DNA of 63,388 nucleotides, the filler included, from Octopus bimaculoides (lineage: Eukaryota): assembly GCF_001194135.2 (NCBI RefSeq). It is 12 parts of 10 records of this genome, joined end to end, with 100 filler letters (N's around TTAATTAATTAA, not from the genome) between each part and the next. Parts side by side here need not be neighbours in the genome. Positions count along the whole stretch, not along the records: positions 28,305 to 37,177 come from NC_068989.1; positions 37,278 to 42,286 come from NC_068988.1; positions 42,387 to 57,384 come from NC_069001.1; 9 more parts are not named here. One strand, 5' to 3'. The notes beneath the pieces are model-generated. The model worked only from the letters and a program-made list of their open reading frames with translations. It was not told the origin of the DNA and did not search any database. Below, in pieces: positions 36,831 through 50,750 of the stretch. Position 1 is the stretch's first letter. Each line of letters opens with the position of its first letter. The position numbers and the translations under genes are program-made.

Positions 36831-38955
36831 GACGGGATGCTAACCATTTACATGTCACACATACAACATCCACAGACCTCTCGGCTCAGCATCCTTCATC
36901 ATCTAACATCATAACATCCACCAATCAAACCATTTTAACCATTTTTCATCTGGAATCTTAATTCAGATTATCAGTTGCCTTCTCTTCTTTCATTATCGGT
37001 TTTTTTTATGCTTTTTTAATGGTTTCTGAATTTTCGTTTTTTGGCAATTTTTGTTAATTCGGCAATTTTTTTTCTTTTTTTTTTCAAAAAAAAAAGGAAA
37101 CTGAAAATAGTTTTAATATATTTTCTGATTTTTGTTTTTAAACTTTTGCTGTCATCTCTTATAGCAATTTTACTTTANNNNNNNNNNNNNNNNNNNNNNN
37201 NNNNNNNNNNNNNNNNNNNNNTTAATTAATTAANNNNNNNNNNNNNNNNNNNNNNNNNNNNNNNNNNNNNNNNNNNNCATCAGTCCCACCTCTACCCGAA
37301 CAGTTAATTTGTGCTGATGAAGGAAAAGTCCTAGTAACTTAGCAGTTTGACGAAGAGAGACTGATAGAATACGAACCGGGCTTTAAAATATACTGAGTCA
37401 ATTCATTCGATTAAATTTTCGAGGAGATGCTCCAGCATGGCCTCAGTCATATAACTGAAATAAGTAAAAGATTAAAGATATTCCAATTAACAGTTTTGTG
37501 TGATGACGAAACCTTCATACAGAGCAGGGTGGAGTGAAATTCAGGAAATGTGATTAATCAGGACTTGAAGCCTGTTGTTCATAGAATCAGTCTCACCAAA
37601 ATTTCCATTAATTTTAGTTGCTCACAACGTGGTACTAAGAACAACAATTTTTGAATAGTCATAAGGAAGAACTATTCAATAATCTCCAAGATGTTACTGA
37701 TATAATGGCATGTAATGTTTACTCTGATGAGATTTCAATTCAGAAGTTAAAAGACAAGGAAAAGTATATATGATAATTCTTTCTTAGACCAGCAATCAAC
37801 TTCTATAACCATAGCCTAAGAACATTTATTATTTATGACTAAGAACAGATATATTAACTGTGTGCAAGAAATGTACCGCCCAAAAATCGAAACTGTTAGC
37901 GGCAGGCAAACATTTTGTCTCACTCCACAGTTTTTTTTTCATAGTCTCAAATTGTTTTTTCTTATATTCAACTTCTAAGTAGGAGACAAGCTAATCATAT
38001 GACATAACAGAAAAAATATTTAGCGAATAGTTATTATCAACTATCGCACCAAAACATAAGCTTCTAAATTCAGTTATGTCAAATATTTTGTATAGATATG
38101 GTGTACTTTTAGGAACAAAAAACCCAATAAAAGATAACCTTGTTTCAAGTCAACAGATAAATAGTGCTCTTTGGTTTTGGCGTACACACGTTGTATAACT
38201 TAAATACATAGTTTATGCATCATATTTATAACCATATTCTGATTATAAATTATGTGTGAATGTATGTGTATATGCGTGAGAAAGACTGGTTGGTTTCGTG
38301 GTTGCAGAGTTAGGCTCACTTATTGTAGGCCGTGCATTCAAGTTTTGGATGGGAGGATGCATTATTTCCTTAAACAAGATCTTTTATTTTATGTTGTTAA
38401 GTACCAGCTCAGCTGAGTGCTGGTGTATGCCCATTGATATCTATTATGCTCCACTGTGAGAAGATTATGTAGTAAGAAAGTCTCTGTGTTTTGCCTACAG
38501 GAACATTAGTGCATCGGCATTTCCTCTGTCTTTACCTTCTTAGTTCAAAGTCCATGGAGGTCTTCTTTGCCTTTCAGTCTTTCGTGATCAATAAGACATA
38601 TGAGACACAGAAAATGGAATTCACGACACTCTATATTCTACCTCACTAGATAATCACATATGGAGACCAAAAGAAGATAGAATAAGATATAGTATTATCT
38701 TGTTAATAAAAGGGCCACATGCGTATTATGCTTGCAGGAAGTGAAGAGAAATTAGTCAACAGATGCTTCGACCAGAAACAAGCTCAAGTACACATTTTCA
38801 CGATACCATAGGGACAACTAAATATTATGACTCTCTATAGATAACAAGCTTTATTTTATTTTTTCGTGTTTACATACATTCACATATCTCTAGATTAAAT
38901 ATAGTGTGGGTTTGTTTTTCAGAACATTCGGAAATAATCTCATGCTTAAATTGTA

Positions 38956-39054
<99 letters not shown>

Positions 39055-39387
39055 CCATGTACTTCTGCATGTAAATATATGTAGAGAGATATAACTATCG
39101 GTATGTATGGACATCTTTATGTACATACATATATGTCGATGTATGTATGTGTATGTGCAGGTGTATGCTATATATATGTGTGTGTGTGTGGGTGGGTGTG
39201 TCACTGTGTGTGTGTACATATGTGTGTATATCTATAAATGCAGCTAAATATTTGAGTACATTATTGTATGAAGATATAGCTCATTCCTCAATGTATCTGA
39301 ATAATTGTGTGTCCATATATATATATATATATATATANNNNNNNNNNCTAGCATATTCAAATAAATCCGATGAGAGGAATGACCACT

Positions 39388-39556
39388 AAAGTGGATTCCT
39401 ATATGCTAAATGTAGACGTCAAATCTGCTTACCACGAAGAGTGTGTTCTCAAGAAAAAAATCTCAGCAAACGTGTATGCTGAGATTTTTTCTTCAGAATA
39501 TACTCTTCGTAGTAAGGCGATTTAACGTCTATCTTTAGCATATAGGAATCCACTTT
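39388..39556. repeat. 169-bp hairpin element (arms of about 80 bp, 8-nt loop) set between (TA)n tracts
   Basis: AAAGTGGATTCCTATATGCTAAA...TCTCAGCA-aacgtgta-TGCTGAGA...TTTAGCATATAGGAATCCACTTT. Confidence 0.92.
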
Positions 39557-39584
39557 TATATATATATATATATATATATAGCAA

Positions 39585-40515
39585 GAATAGACGAGACCGA
39601 ACGATTATAAGTAGCAACAGTCTGATTGAGAGTTTGTGTTAATCGATGCCAACACTCGATGGGAGTGTTGGTATCTAGTTAAAAGAGAGGAAGAAGACTT
39701 TGTCGCGTATGCCAGGGCCGTAAACCGAATGGGCGAAAGGTTTAAATTGAAGCAACTAACTCCTGATACGTTTAAGTGCCTCATTTTTGTACAAGGTCCT
39801 ATGGCAAATGAAGATGCGGAATTACGTGCACGAATTCTCTCAAAACTTGAACAAGCGGACCAAAGTTTAACCCTACAGACAGTTGCAGATGAGTGACAAA
39901 GAATGGGAAACTTACGTCAGAACGTAAAGCAAATTGAATAGAAGGAGTTCTCACAAGTACAAACGTGCCGACCGGGAAGGTATGAACAAAAATATATTAA
40001 GACCAAACCCATACTACGGATGTGGAGCCCTACATTTCAGGAAGGATTGTCCTTTCAAAACGGAAAAATGTTACGGTTGCCGAAAAGTAGGACACAAGAG
40101 CTCGCATTGCAGAGCAAAGTTAGGAAAGTCGAACATAAAAAATTCTGAAGTTTACTCAACGGAAAGTAGAAGCGACGCGAAAAATAAGAAATTTGTACAT
40201 GTAAAAGTAAACGAAATTACTATTAAATTACAACTAGATACTGGTAGCAACATCTCGATTGTTAATACCGACACGTGGAAAAGAATTGGAAACGTACGTT
40301 AAGAAAAACATCAAAAATTGCACGTAGCGTGACAGGTGAAAAACAAAACTTCGTAGGCGAAATTTAGAGTGATATCACATTTCGGGGAAAAACCTGTAGA
40401 GCAAAAGTTTTCGTGATAAAAAACGCAACCACTGAAAATGTACTGAAATTGTTTTGAATTTGGCTTAGGACTGTTCAAGACGTAAGGGATTACAACGATT
40501 TTTCCTTTTAGGTCC
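39585..40515 (+). mobile_element. Ty3/Gypsy LTR retrotransposon gag-protease fragment (K02A2.6-like)
   Basis: FKCLIFVQG..DAELRARILSKLEQ gag motif, two zinc knuckles (YGCG..H.RKDCPFK..CYGCRKVGHKSSHC) and protease LQLDTGS.IS. Stops and frameshifts present. No LTR seen. Confidence 0.9.
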
Positions 40516-40857
40516 AGCAAGACATGCTGAGGAGAATTGAGTATCTAACCAGAATTGGAAATCATGATCCAGGTATATCTATTACCTTATTCTACGGCAT
40601 TTTAGCTGAGATATGTTAAATTCCACTCGTTTGCCCGATTTCTATTGGTCCGTTACTTATTTTCAGTGAGATTAGTGTTTAAATGGATTTGTTTTTACTT
40701 CTACTCTCTAGCAAGATGGTGCTTCTTGTATCCTCTAATATAATTAAGAATCTATTGTATAGTTTTTTTAATGCTAATATCGCTTACTGCCACTAATGTT
40801 ATTGTTATTATCAATTATTTAGATTTGGCGCGGATAATAATAATGATGATAATAATG

Positions 40858-41055
40858 ATAAGAAGAAGAAGAAGAAGAAGAAGAGGAGGAGGAGGAGGAG
40901 GAGGAGGGAGAAGAAGAAGAAAAAGAAGAAGAAGAAAAAGAAGAAGAAGAAGCAAAAGAAGAAGAAAAAGAAGAAGAAGAAGAAGAAGAAGAAGAAGAAG
41001 AAGAAGAAGAAGAAGAAGAAGAATGAGGAGGAGGACGAGGAGGAGGAGGAAGAAG
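40858..41055. repeat. (AGA)n/(GGA)n polypurine microsatellite
   Basis: Directly visible. Confidence 0.95.
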
Positions 41056-41099
41056 TAGAAGATTTTTACGAGTGTTTATTTTGAATATTTACTAATTCT

Positions 41100-41149
<50 letters not shown>

Positions 41150-41447
41150 CATAGATAGATAGATAGAGAGGCTTCAACACATGACTTCATTCTCTACATA
41201 TGTTTATGCCTTTTTTCCACGTTAGTGCTTTTCTGTGCATATATAAAAATGTGAAGGCTTTCTCGGTTAAAATTGCGCTTCATTTTTAATAGTCGACGAA
41301 GCTATAGGGTGATACACAAACAATCAAAGATGGGTGCATTGCATCGTATAGAAAAAACAACTGTAAGCTAATGAAATTCGTGACATAATTTGTTATTTCC
41401 GTATCATTTTAATAACTTATATAAACACACACACATACACAAACTCT

Positions 41448-41478
<31 letters not shown>

Positions 41479-42386
41479 GTATATGGAAGTATGGCATAGA
41501 GGTTAAAAGCAGCGTGAGGCAAAATGCAAAACTTTTTCTTTTTCTGTGTCCTAAATTCTCGTTGGAAAGCACTTCGACATTCCAACTCTCCGAGGTCGTT
41601 ACCAAGTATGAACAGAGTTGATTATGCTGACCATAACAATTAACTATGGTATCATCACAGTATTCAAGTCTTGTCTTTCAGTTATACCATAACTCATGAT
41701 TCGTAATGCTTTTGTTAAAATAAATAATTGAAAGACAAGCCAGGCTTTTCTTCGTTACAAAATACTTATAGTTTCATTGTTAAACCAATACAGAGAAACC
41801 GAAAGTCTCAGTTAAAATTATGCCTGTCTCATGAGAAAACACCGATGACAAAAGAAACGGGAAAGTAAAAGCATCAATGAAGTATCCAAGGCGTTCAATT
41901 AAAAATATGTAGGCGCTTGTGAGCATAAGTCATAATTCACTTTCTACTAATTGCATATCTATATTGTTCGTAATATGAAGTCAATGAGCGAACGAACACA
42001 TCAGAGGAAGAAAGTAATGAAATGTATGTATGTATGTATGTATGTATGTATGTATGTATGTATGTATGTATGTATGTATGTATGTACTATACGTTTCTGA
42101 ACTTGTGTTGCAAGATTCCTAATGTGAAATCGCATCTGGAAACAGATATTGTTATATTTCGAGATGGTCATTATTTTTCTTGCTAAGTATAATACACACA
42201 CAAAAGGCAAACATGCACATATTTATCATGAAGTATTAGAAATAGAGATAAATAAGTAACCGAATGAAAATATATATATACATATANNNNNNNNNNNNNN
42301 NNNNNNNNNNNNNNNNNNNNNNNNNNNNNNTTAATTAATTAANNNNNNNNNNNNNNNNNNNNNNNNNNNNNNNNNNNNNNNNNNNN

Positions 42387-42424
<38 letters not shown>

Positions 42425-42426
<2 letters not shown>

Positions 42427-42514
42427 GGAGTGCTGAAAAGCTCCTGGCTTTAAGGGTATTGCAAAAGGCCAGGTTGGACGCCCAACTTTCCAGGGGTTTT
42501 CCAGCACACTCTCG
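42425..42514. mobile_element. Short derivative of the 7-210 mariner-type MITE family
   Basis: GTGCTGAAAAG..GTATTGCAAAAGGCC..TTTTCCAGCACACTCTCG followed by TA. Confidence 0.65.
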
Positions 42515-43169
42515 TATGAGTTTGTGTTTGTGTGTCTGTATATGTGTATGCATAATGTACGCACAACTTTTGCTGCGTATGTAAGTGCGTGTGTATTTCT
42601 ATCTGCATGCGTTTATGCGCGTACCTTTCTGTGTGCGCGCGCTCGTATGTGTGCGTGTATGTATGAGTGTACCTAATATATCAAAAGCTCGTGATTAAAA
42701 TCCCCCCTCCACATAATTACCTCGTCCCGCCTACGTCATTTCCTGTCACCCACCCATACGTGGAAATGGAGACACCTGGACACAAAATAACACACACACA
42801 CTCACACGCACACACAAGCACCCTAACGCACACATACATATATGATCTATTATTATCGACCTCTTTCTGTATGTGCCATGTCACAAGCAATGATTTAGCT
42901 TGCGGCTAATCATACGTTGACAATGCGGTTTCGACCCCCACCAGGGGTCATTTTATTCTCATGCCTAATATCTTCACATCTAGTGCCAATGTCACATCTC
43001 GTTATTCTTCACAAATTTTGAATGTGCACAGGAATGTTTGTTTCCTTGGCCTTGAGATCGATTCCACGACTCAACAATTTAGTCTAGGGCGCAACTAAGC
43101 CTGTGTGGCCAAGAAGGTCGCTTTGCGACCACGTGGTTTCAAGTTCAATCCTATTGCGCAGTTCAATCC

Positions 43170-43492
43170 TATTCCACTTCCTCGTCACTGGAATAATGTT
43201 TGCCTCTACAACCCTCTTTCATGGGGCCGAAGAGATGATAGTACAGTAACGATGAAGTGAAAACTAGTCAAAAAGTTACTCAAAGAACAGCCAACAGAAT
43301 TTTACGGGGCAGGGATACATGCTCTCAATCGAATGCGGAACATTGCTATTGAGAGAAACGGTGACTATGTTGAGAAGTAGGGATGTGATCCACAGAGGAC
43401 CAGCTTCATTTTGATGTATGATACATGTTCCTACGTTGGTAATTATACCCGTCCTAAAAAAAATGGCATTACTTTTTGACTCACCCACGTGT
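43170..43492 (+). mobile_element. Mariner transposase C-terminus plus 3' TIR
   Basis: Peptide SNDEVK..VKKLLKEQPTEF..AGIHAL....IERNGDYVEK*, then TIR CATTACTTTTTGACTCACCCACG. Confidence 0.85.
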
Positions 43493-43504
43493 GTGGGGGG
43501 GGGG

Positions 43505-43905
43505 GGCGCAAGCATAGTTGTGTGGTAGGAAGCTTGCTTCCGGACCACAAGGTTCCGGGTTCAGTCCCAATGCGTGGCATCTTGGTCAAGTGTCTTCTAC
43601 TATAGCATTAGGCCGATCAAAACCTTGTGGGTGGATTTAGTAGGTGGAAGCTGAAAGAAGCCAGTCGTATCTATATATGTATATAGATATGTGTTTGTGT
43701 TTGTCCCTACCATCGCCGCTTGACAACCGGTGTTGGTTTGCTTATGTCCCCGTGACGTAGCGGTCCGGCAAAACGGCTGCGATAGAATAAGTACTAGGCT
43801 TTAAAAAAAAATAGGTCCTTGGTTCGATTTGTTCGACTAAAACCCCTTAAAGGCGGTGCTCCAGAATGGCTGCAGTCAAATGATTGAAACAAATAAAAGA
43901 ATAAG
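43505..43905 (+). mobile_element. SINE family A
   Basis: Near full-length match. Confidence 0.9.
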
Positions 43906-44627
43906 CTTAAAAGTGGTAGCAGACAAAGCATCACATCAAAGAAGTTAGAACAATGCCACGCTTCCATATCAAGACCAAAAAATGTGTCAGAGAGAGAGGG
44001 GAGAGAGGGAGGGAGAGAATGGGAAGAGAGAAAACTAGAACACACAGGAGCAACTAAATCATCTAGGCCAAGTGACTGCCTCCTTTGTCTTTCTTTTTTT
44101 CTCTCCTCTTTTTTCTTTTCTGTTGTCCCAGAATTTGGTAGGGTAAAATCCAAAAGCAAAATCAAGAGATTTGGTGANNNNNNNNNNAAGAGATTTGGTG
44201 AATTAAATTTGAAGAAAAGCAACAAAAATGTATTAGGACATGGCAGTACATACGTTTCGTACAAGCTTCATAACGTAAATTCAGGTAATTCTGTCATTTA
44301 CGTCTGTTTATTTTTCTGTCGGTTTTTTTTTCCCCCCGACAAATTGATTGATGGTTAGTATTTCGAGAAATGGAAAACCAAGTACAAACCTCATTAGCTT
44401 AGTCTGATCTGAGATATTAACGAAAGATTAACTCTGTATCGATAATATTTCAGTAAAAACATTTAACACTTTATATTTCCTGTAACGCCCAAATAATTAG
44501 AGATCAACCTGAGAACTAAATGCAGCGCTGACGATCAAATATTGCAGTTGAGCTGAACTTTCTCGGCCGCTGAACTGTGTTACTGGGTCAGGTCAATGCC
44601 ATATCAGTAACATATCATCGTTGTTCT

Positions 44628-44962
44628 TGTTGGCACTCCGTCTCTTACGACGTCGAGGGTTCTAGTTGATCCGATCAACGGAACAGCCTGCTCGTGAAAT
44701 TAACGTGCAAGTGGCTGAGCACTCCACAGACACGTGTACCCTTAACGTAGTTCTCGGGGGGATATTCAGCGTGACACAGAGTGTGACAAGGCTGGTCCTT
44801 TGCAATACAGGCACAACAGAAACAGGAAGAAAGAGTGAGAGAAAGTTGTGGTGAAAGAGTACAGCAGGGTTCGCCACCATCCCCTGCCGGAGCCTCGTGG
44901 AGCTTTAGGTGTTTTCGCTCAATAAACACTCTCAGCGCCCGGTCTGGGAATCGAAACCGCGA
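44628..44962 (-). mobile_element. SINE family C, 5'-truncated
   Basis: High identity to 27373-27710. Confidence 0.9.
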
Positions 44963-45637
44963 ATTGGAAGATGAGGGTATTAGTAAGATGAAAACAGTGG
45001 ACTATCTTGGTGGCTATGTACACTCTAGAAATAACAGTTAAATCTTCTTCAAATTACACACTACGGTCTTAAAATGGAAAAAAAAACAATCTGGATATTT
45101 TAGTTTTAGGTAGATATACACACATAAACACATCTGTATATGTATATGTGTATATGCAAATATATATACACACATACGTATATACATTAATATATATGTA
45201 TATACATACATATTAGCATGTGTGTGTGTATATGTATATATATATATATATATATATANNNNNNNNNNNNNNNNNNNNNNNNNNNNNNNNNNNNNNNNNN
45301 NNNNNNNNNNNNNNNNNNNNNNNNNNNNNNNNNNNNNNNNNNNNNNNNNNNNNNNNNNNNNNNNNNNNNNNNNNNNNNNNNNNNNNNNNNNNNNNNNNNN
45401 NNNNNNNNNNNNNNNNNNNNNNNNNNNNNNNNNNNNNNNNNNNNNNNNNNNNNNNNNNNNNNNNNNNNNNNNNNNNNNNNNNNNNNNNNNNNNNNNNNNN
45501 NNNNNNNNNNNNNNNNNNNNNNNNNNNNNNNNNNNNNNNNNNNNNNNNNNNNNNNNNNNNNNNNNNNNNNNNNNNNNNNNNNNNNNNNNNNNNNNNNNNN
45601 NNNNNNNNNNNNNNNNNNNNNNNNNNNNNNNNNNNNN

Positions 45638-45676
<39 letters not shown>

Positions 45677-46096
45677 ATATACATATACATATATGCATGC
45701 ATTATACACACAAACACAGAGACACATACACGCGCAACGCAAGACGATAAGAACCGGATTGACCAACGCAAGAATGCATATATTATCATGGGTCTGTTTG
45801 ATTCAGGGCTGGCCCAGGGCTAAGCATCAACAACAGCAACAACAACAACAAGTACAACAACAGCCAGAAGAAGAAGAAGAATAAGCCTTAGCCTCAGTAA
45901 GCAACAGGTTTTTATAAGTAGATCAAACAAAAGATTTATACAGGTAAAATACAACTGAAGAAGGTATTGTTAGGTGTTGTATATAAGTGGATATATGTAT
46001 ATATGGTGGTGGTGCTGGTGGTAGTGGTATTGGGATGTAGTAGGACTTTAGTTGGTAACAGCTGGTGAGTTTCTTTATATCTCTCTCTTTCTGTCG

Positions 46097-46129
<33 letters not shown>

Positions 46130-46205
46130 CTCTCTTTCTCACACACAAAAACCATACATACACTCATGCACACATATACACAAACAGACAGACAGACAGA
46201 CAGAC

Positions 46206-46236
<31 letters not shown>

Positions 46237-46803
46237 TAGACCTCTATATATATATATTTATATATACATAAATATGCGGTAAAGGATTTCCGTCGTTCAG
46301 CAATGAGAAATCACTTGAATTACCTGATCTTGAATTAAACATGTTACAACCACGTGTACTCTTAATGTAATTCTCAAGCAGAATCAACATTACACAGTGT
46401 GTGAAAAGACAGTACTATATCAATTACCGGTACAATCCAGGCGATGGGATTCTACAAAGTTTCCATCAACCCAGATTCACCCATAAGGTGTTGGCCAATC
46501 GGAGGTTATAAATAAGGACATACACCCAAAAAAGCTACGTTGTAAAATCGTGTATGGAACCTCGTGGTCACCCAATCGAACTTCATAATCATTCAGCTAT
46601 ACTGCGTTCATACATACATACATACGTACATCCATATATGCCCTGTTGGTGATGCTGAAATTCCAACGAAGGAGCCTTGGATCTAGGCTAGAAACCGGTT
46701 GTTTCTCCATTGGCAGTAAATCTTGAAGTAAAACTGAATAAAGACATACACACATACAAACATACATACAAACATACATATATACATACATTCACGTGTG
46801 TGT

Positions 46804-47034
46804 TATTTCTTTACTACCCACAATGGGCTACACACAGAGGGGACAAACAAGGACAGACAAAGGGATTAAGTCGATCATATCGACCCCAGTGCGTAACTGG
46901 AACTTATTTAATCGACCCCGAAAGGATGAAGGGCAAAGTCGACCTCGGCGGAATTTGAACTCAGAACGTAGCAGCAGACGAAATGCCGCTAAGCATTTCG
47001 CCCGGCGTGCTAACGTTTCTGCCAGCTCGCCGCC
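46804..47034 (-). mobile_element. SINE family B
   Basis: High identity to 25731-25961. Confidence 0.92.
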
Positions 47035-47558
47035 TGCAGTGTGTTTTGGTATATGCGCGCACGCGTGTGTGTAGGCGTAGCTGTGTGATAAAATGTTTGC
47101 TTCGCAACCACACACTTCCGGGTTCAGTTCCACTACGAGAGACCTGAGGCCAGTGTCTTCTACTAAAGCCGCAGGCCGACGAAAACCTTGTGAGTAGATT
47201 TCGTAGACGATATGACATATATAAGGTAAGATCCAAGTATCAAAGTGTAGGAAGTTAGTAAGCTTCGAGCAGTCCGTAGAAGGTATCAAAAAACAACTTT
47301 TAGAAACAATAGTGGTTTATTGACGTAGAAGGTTGTAAATATTTCCAAAATCGAAGTTCGATGGGGTGATCACCAGCGAGTTAACATGGGATCCCTTGGC
47401 GACAATGTAAACTTCTTTTGGTTCAGGTATCTTTGATCCAACGAGTAGTTAGCGGATTTTCCCCACGTTTGGATAATTACTACTTCCGAAGTTCTGCTAG
47501 CTATGAAATATGTAGCCTGGATTTTATCTACTCCATTCCTTAGTTTTGCATTTATATA

Positions 47559-47633
<75 letters not shown>

Positions 47634-47879
47634 ACAGATATACGTGTTTTTGTGTGTATGTAGATACACATACATACACACACACATACATCATTTACAC
47701 AAAAACCTAGAAATCCGAGGTTCTTCGAAGAAGGAGTAAAAGAAACTGACACGGATTCCTCCAAATCCAATCTATTAATGGCATAGTGAAGATTTGTAAG
47801 ACATTCCAAAGATTCTCCATCTGAGATTCTTCAGGTGAATAAATCCACATACTTGAGAGTGTGCATCCGCAGCTCAACC

Positions 47880-47982
47880 TCACCTTTACAAACGCCGGGA
47901 AATCTCTAAGCGCAAAATGTCTTGCCGCTTTGTTAGCGACCGCGAGTCCGCTGCCCTAACCACTGGGCCATTGCGCCTCAAC
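47880..47982 (-). mobile_element. SINE family C head fragment
   Basis: GCGAGTCCGCTGCCCTAACCACTGGGCCATTGCGCCTC. Confidence 0.75.
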
Positions 47983-48302
47983 ACTGTTTCAGTAAGAACA
48001 TAAATAAAAGGCAAAAACAAAAACATACATACATACATACATACATATGGTATTTAAAATTTAAAATATATGATACAAAAATGGTAATTAGTTATTTATA
48101 ACTATGTGTATACAGCAGTTTATCTAAACAAAGTCCTGTTATCATTCACAGCATTTGTTTGGAATTAAGTGTGGCTTAAGTACGCCACAGAGTACAACGC
48201 ATATAGATAACAGAATAAAATGGGATAGATTTTGTGTATAATGTTTTAGAAACAATCTCTTGATTTCATTATACACACACACACACACATATATACATAT
48301 AC

Positions 48303-48380
<78 letters not shown>

Positions 48381-48397
48381 ATGTATCTATGTATATA

Positions 48398-48579
48398 GGC
48401 GTAGGAGTGACTGTGTGGTAAGTAGCTTGCTTACGAACCACATGGTTCCGGGTTCAGTCCCACTGCGTGGCACCTTGCGCAAGTGACTTCTACTATAGCC
48501 TTGGGCCTACCAAAGCCTTGAGAGTGGATTTGGTAGACGGAAACTGAAAGAAGCTCGTCTTTGTATATATATATATATT

Positions 48580-48614
<35 letters not shown>

Positions 48615-48812
48615 TCCCCCAACATCGCTTGACAACCGATGCTGGTGTGTTTACGTCCCCGTAACTTAGCAGTTCGGCCAAAGAGACTGATAGAATAAGT
48701 ACTAGGCTTACATAGAATAAGTCCTGGGGTTGATTTGTTCAACTAAAGGCAGTGCTCCAGCATGGCCACAGTCAAATGATTGAAACAAGTAAAAGAGTAA
48801 AAGAAAGTAAAG
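48398..48812 (+). mobile_element. SINE family A
   Basis: Full-length match. Confidence 0.92.
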
Positions 48813-48844
<32 letters not shown>

Positions 48845-49444
48845 TTATGTTTGTATATAAACATGTAAGTATACATATATGTACATTGTACATACACACA
48901 CCACGTTACACAGCACACATACAATCATCCACACACACTCCACACGCATATATACCAACACACACATGATGTAATGCTGGACGTAACTGTAACGCACGAG
49001 TGGCCTCCACGTTGGATCCATTCCAAAAACCACTTACGCCTTTAAATGTAAACATAGAAAGAAAAACAAAGTAAGCTACTACAAGGTCCGTCACCTTGCT
49101 AAAAATAGCAGCGAAATTTCCTCCACCACACTCTAGCATCTTAATAAACAGAAATATAGGATGGAATATGGAAAAAGGCGGGATGGACAGGAGTAAAAAT
49201 TATTTCGTTTTAGATCAACATGGTCAAGGATGACCTAGGGCTAAAAAAAAAGTAACAATGGATGATGTATTCATAGAAACATACTTAGTTATATTGACTG
49301 ACCTAAGTAAGCTGTTTGTTTGATTAGCTGATTACAAATGCATGTACTTACATGTATTTGATGACTGTACACACAGACATACATACATATATCTAAATAT
49401 ATATATGTGTGTGTGTGTATGTCTATGTGTATACATACATACTC

Positions 49445-50131
49445 ACATAGATACATGTATATATGTGTACACACACACACACACATAGATACATGTATAT
49501 ATGTGTACACACACACACACACATAGATACATGTATATATGTGTACACACACACACACACATAGATACATGTATATATGTGTACACACACNNNNNNNNNN
49601 NNNNNNNNNNNNNNNNNNNNNNNNNNNNNNNNNNNNNNNNNNNNNNNNNNNNNNNNNNNNNNNNNNNNNNNNNNNNNNNNNNNNNNNNNNNNNNNNNNNN
49701 NNNNNNNNNNNNNNNNNNNNNNNNNNNNNNNNNNNNNNNNNNNNNNNNNNNNNNNNNNNNNNNNNNNNNNNNNNNNNNNNNNNNNNNNNNNNNNNNNNNN
49801 NNNNNNNNNNNNNNNNNNNNNNNNNNNNNNNNNNNNNNNNNNNNNNNNNNNNNNNNNNNNNNNNNNNNNNNNNNNNNNNNNNNNNNNNNNNNNNNNNNNN
49901 NNNNNNNNNNNNNNNNNNNNNNNNNNNNNNNNNNNNNNNNNNNNNNNNNNNNNNNNNNNNNNNNNNNNNNNNNNNNNNNNNNNNNNNNNNNNNNNNNNNN
50001 NNNNNNNNNNNNNNNNNNNNNNNNNNNNNNNNNNNNNNNNNNNNNNNNNNNNNNNNNNNNNNCACACATGTATATATGTGTACACACACACACACACACA
50101 CACAGATACATGTATATATGTGTACACACAC

Positions 50132-50135
<4 letters not shown>
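49445..50135. repeat. Minisatellite with unit of about 38 bp (ATAGATACATGTATATATGTGTACACACACACACACAC), spanning a gap
   Basis: At least 4 units before the gap and 1-2 after. Confidence 0.9.
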
Positions 50136-50167
<32 letters not shown>

Positions 50168-50705
50168 GCGTACGTGTATGTTTGTTTATATATATGTGTG
50201 TGCGTGTGTATTTGTTTGTGTAAGAAAATATATATGAATTCAATGCGCTACAATTGTCATCCATACACATGTATATGTACTATGTGCGGTTGTGTACATG
50301 CATATATACATGCATTCACACACATTTCATTATATATATTCATATATATATATATATTCATATATATATATATATATTCATATATATATATTCATATATA
50401 TATTCATATATATATATATTCATATATATATATATATATTCATATATATATATATATNNNNNNNNNNATATATACATGCATTCACACACATTTCATTATA
50501 TATATTCATATATATATATATATTCATATATATATATATATTCCGTTTACATATTTGTTTTGCAAGATTTTTTATGTGAAATCGTGTGTTGAAACAGATG
50601 TTGTTGTACTTGGGGATGGTCATATTGTCATATTGCCAGGAATACAAAATACAAAATGGCTGATAGTTAGCAAGGTGAGACACACATAAAAAAGAAGGAA
50701 ACAAA

Positions 50706-50750
50706 GGACCACTGATGAGGTCACAGAAGTGTGACGAAAGAACTCTGGCC
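50706..50750 (+). ncRNA. Hammerhead motif (CTGATGA core, CUC triplet), slightly degenerate
   Basis: GGACCA-CTGATGA-G-GTCAC(AGAAGT)GTGAC-GAAA-G(AA)C-TC-TGGCC. Confidence 0.6.

Noticed and set aside
36331-36843. Poly-Asp, Met and His ORFs
   Set aside because: (GAT)n/(CAT)n repeat fused to the mariner remnant.
40771-41058. Protamine-like poly-Arg ORF
   Set aside because: Translation of (AGA)n/(GGA)n microsatellite.
42915-42960. Minus-strand GACCCC/GGGGTC-GAAAC-CGCATT-GTC (similar GAAACCGCAT at about 34670)
   Set aside because: No CYGANGA upstream of the stem. It is at most a relic.
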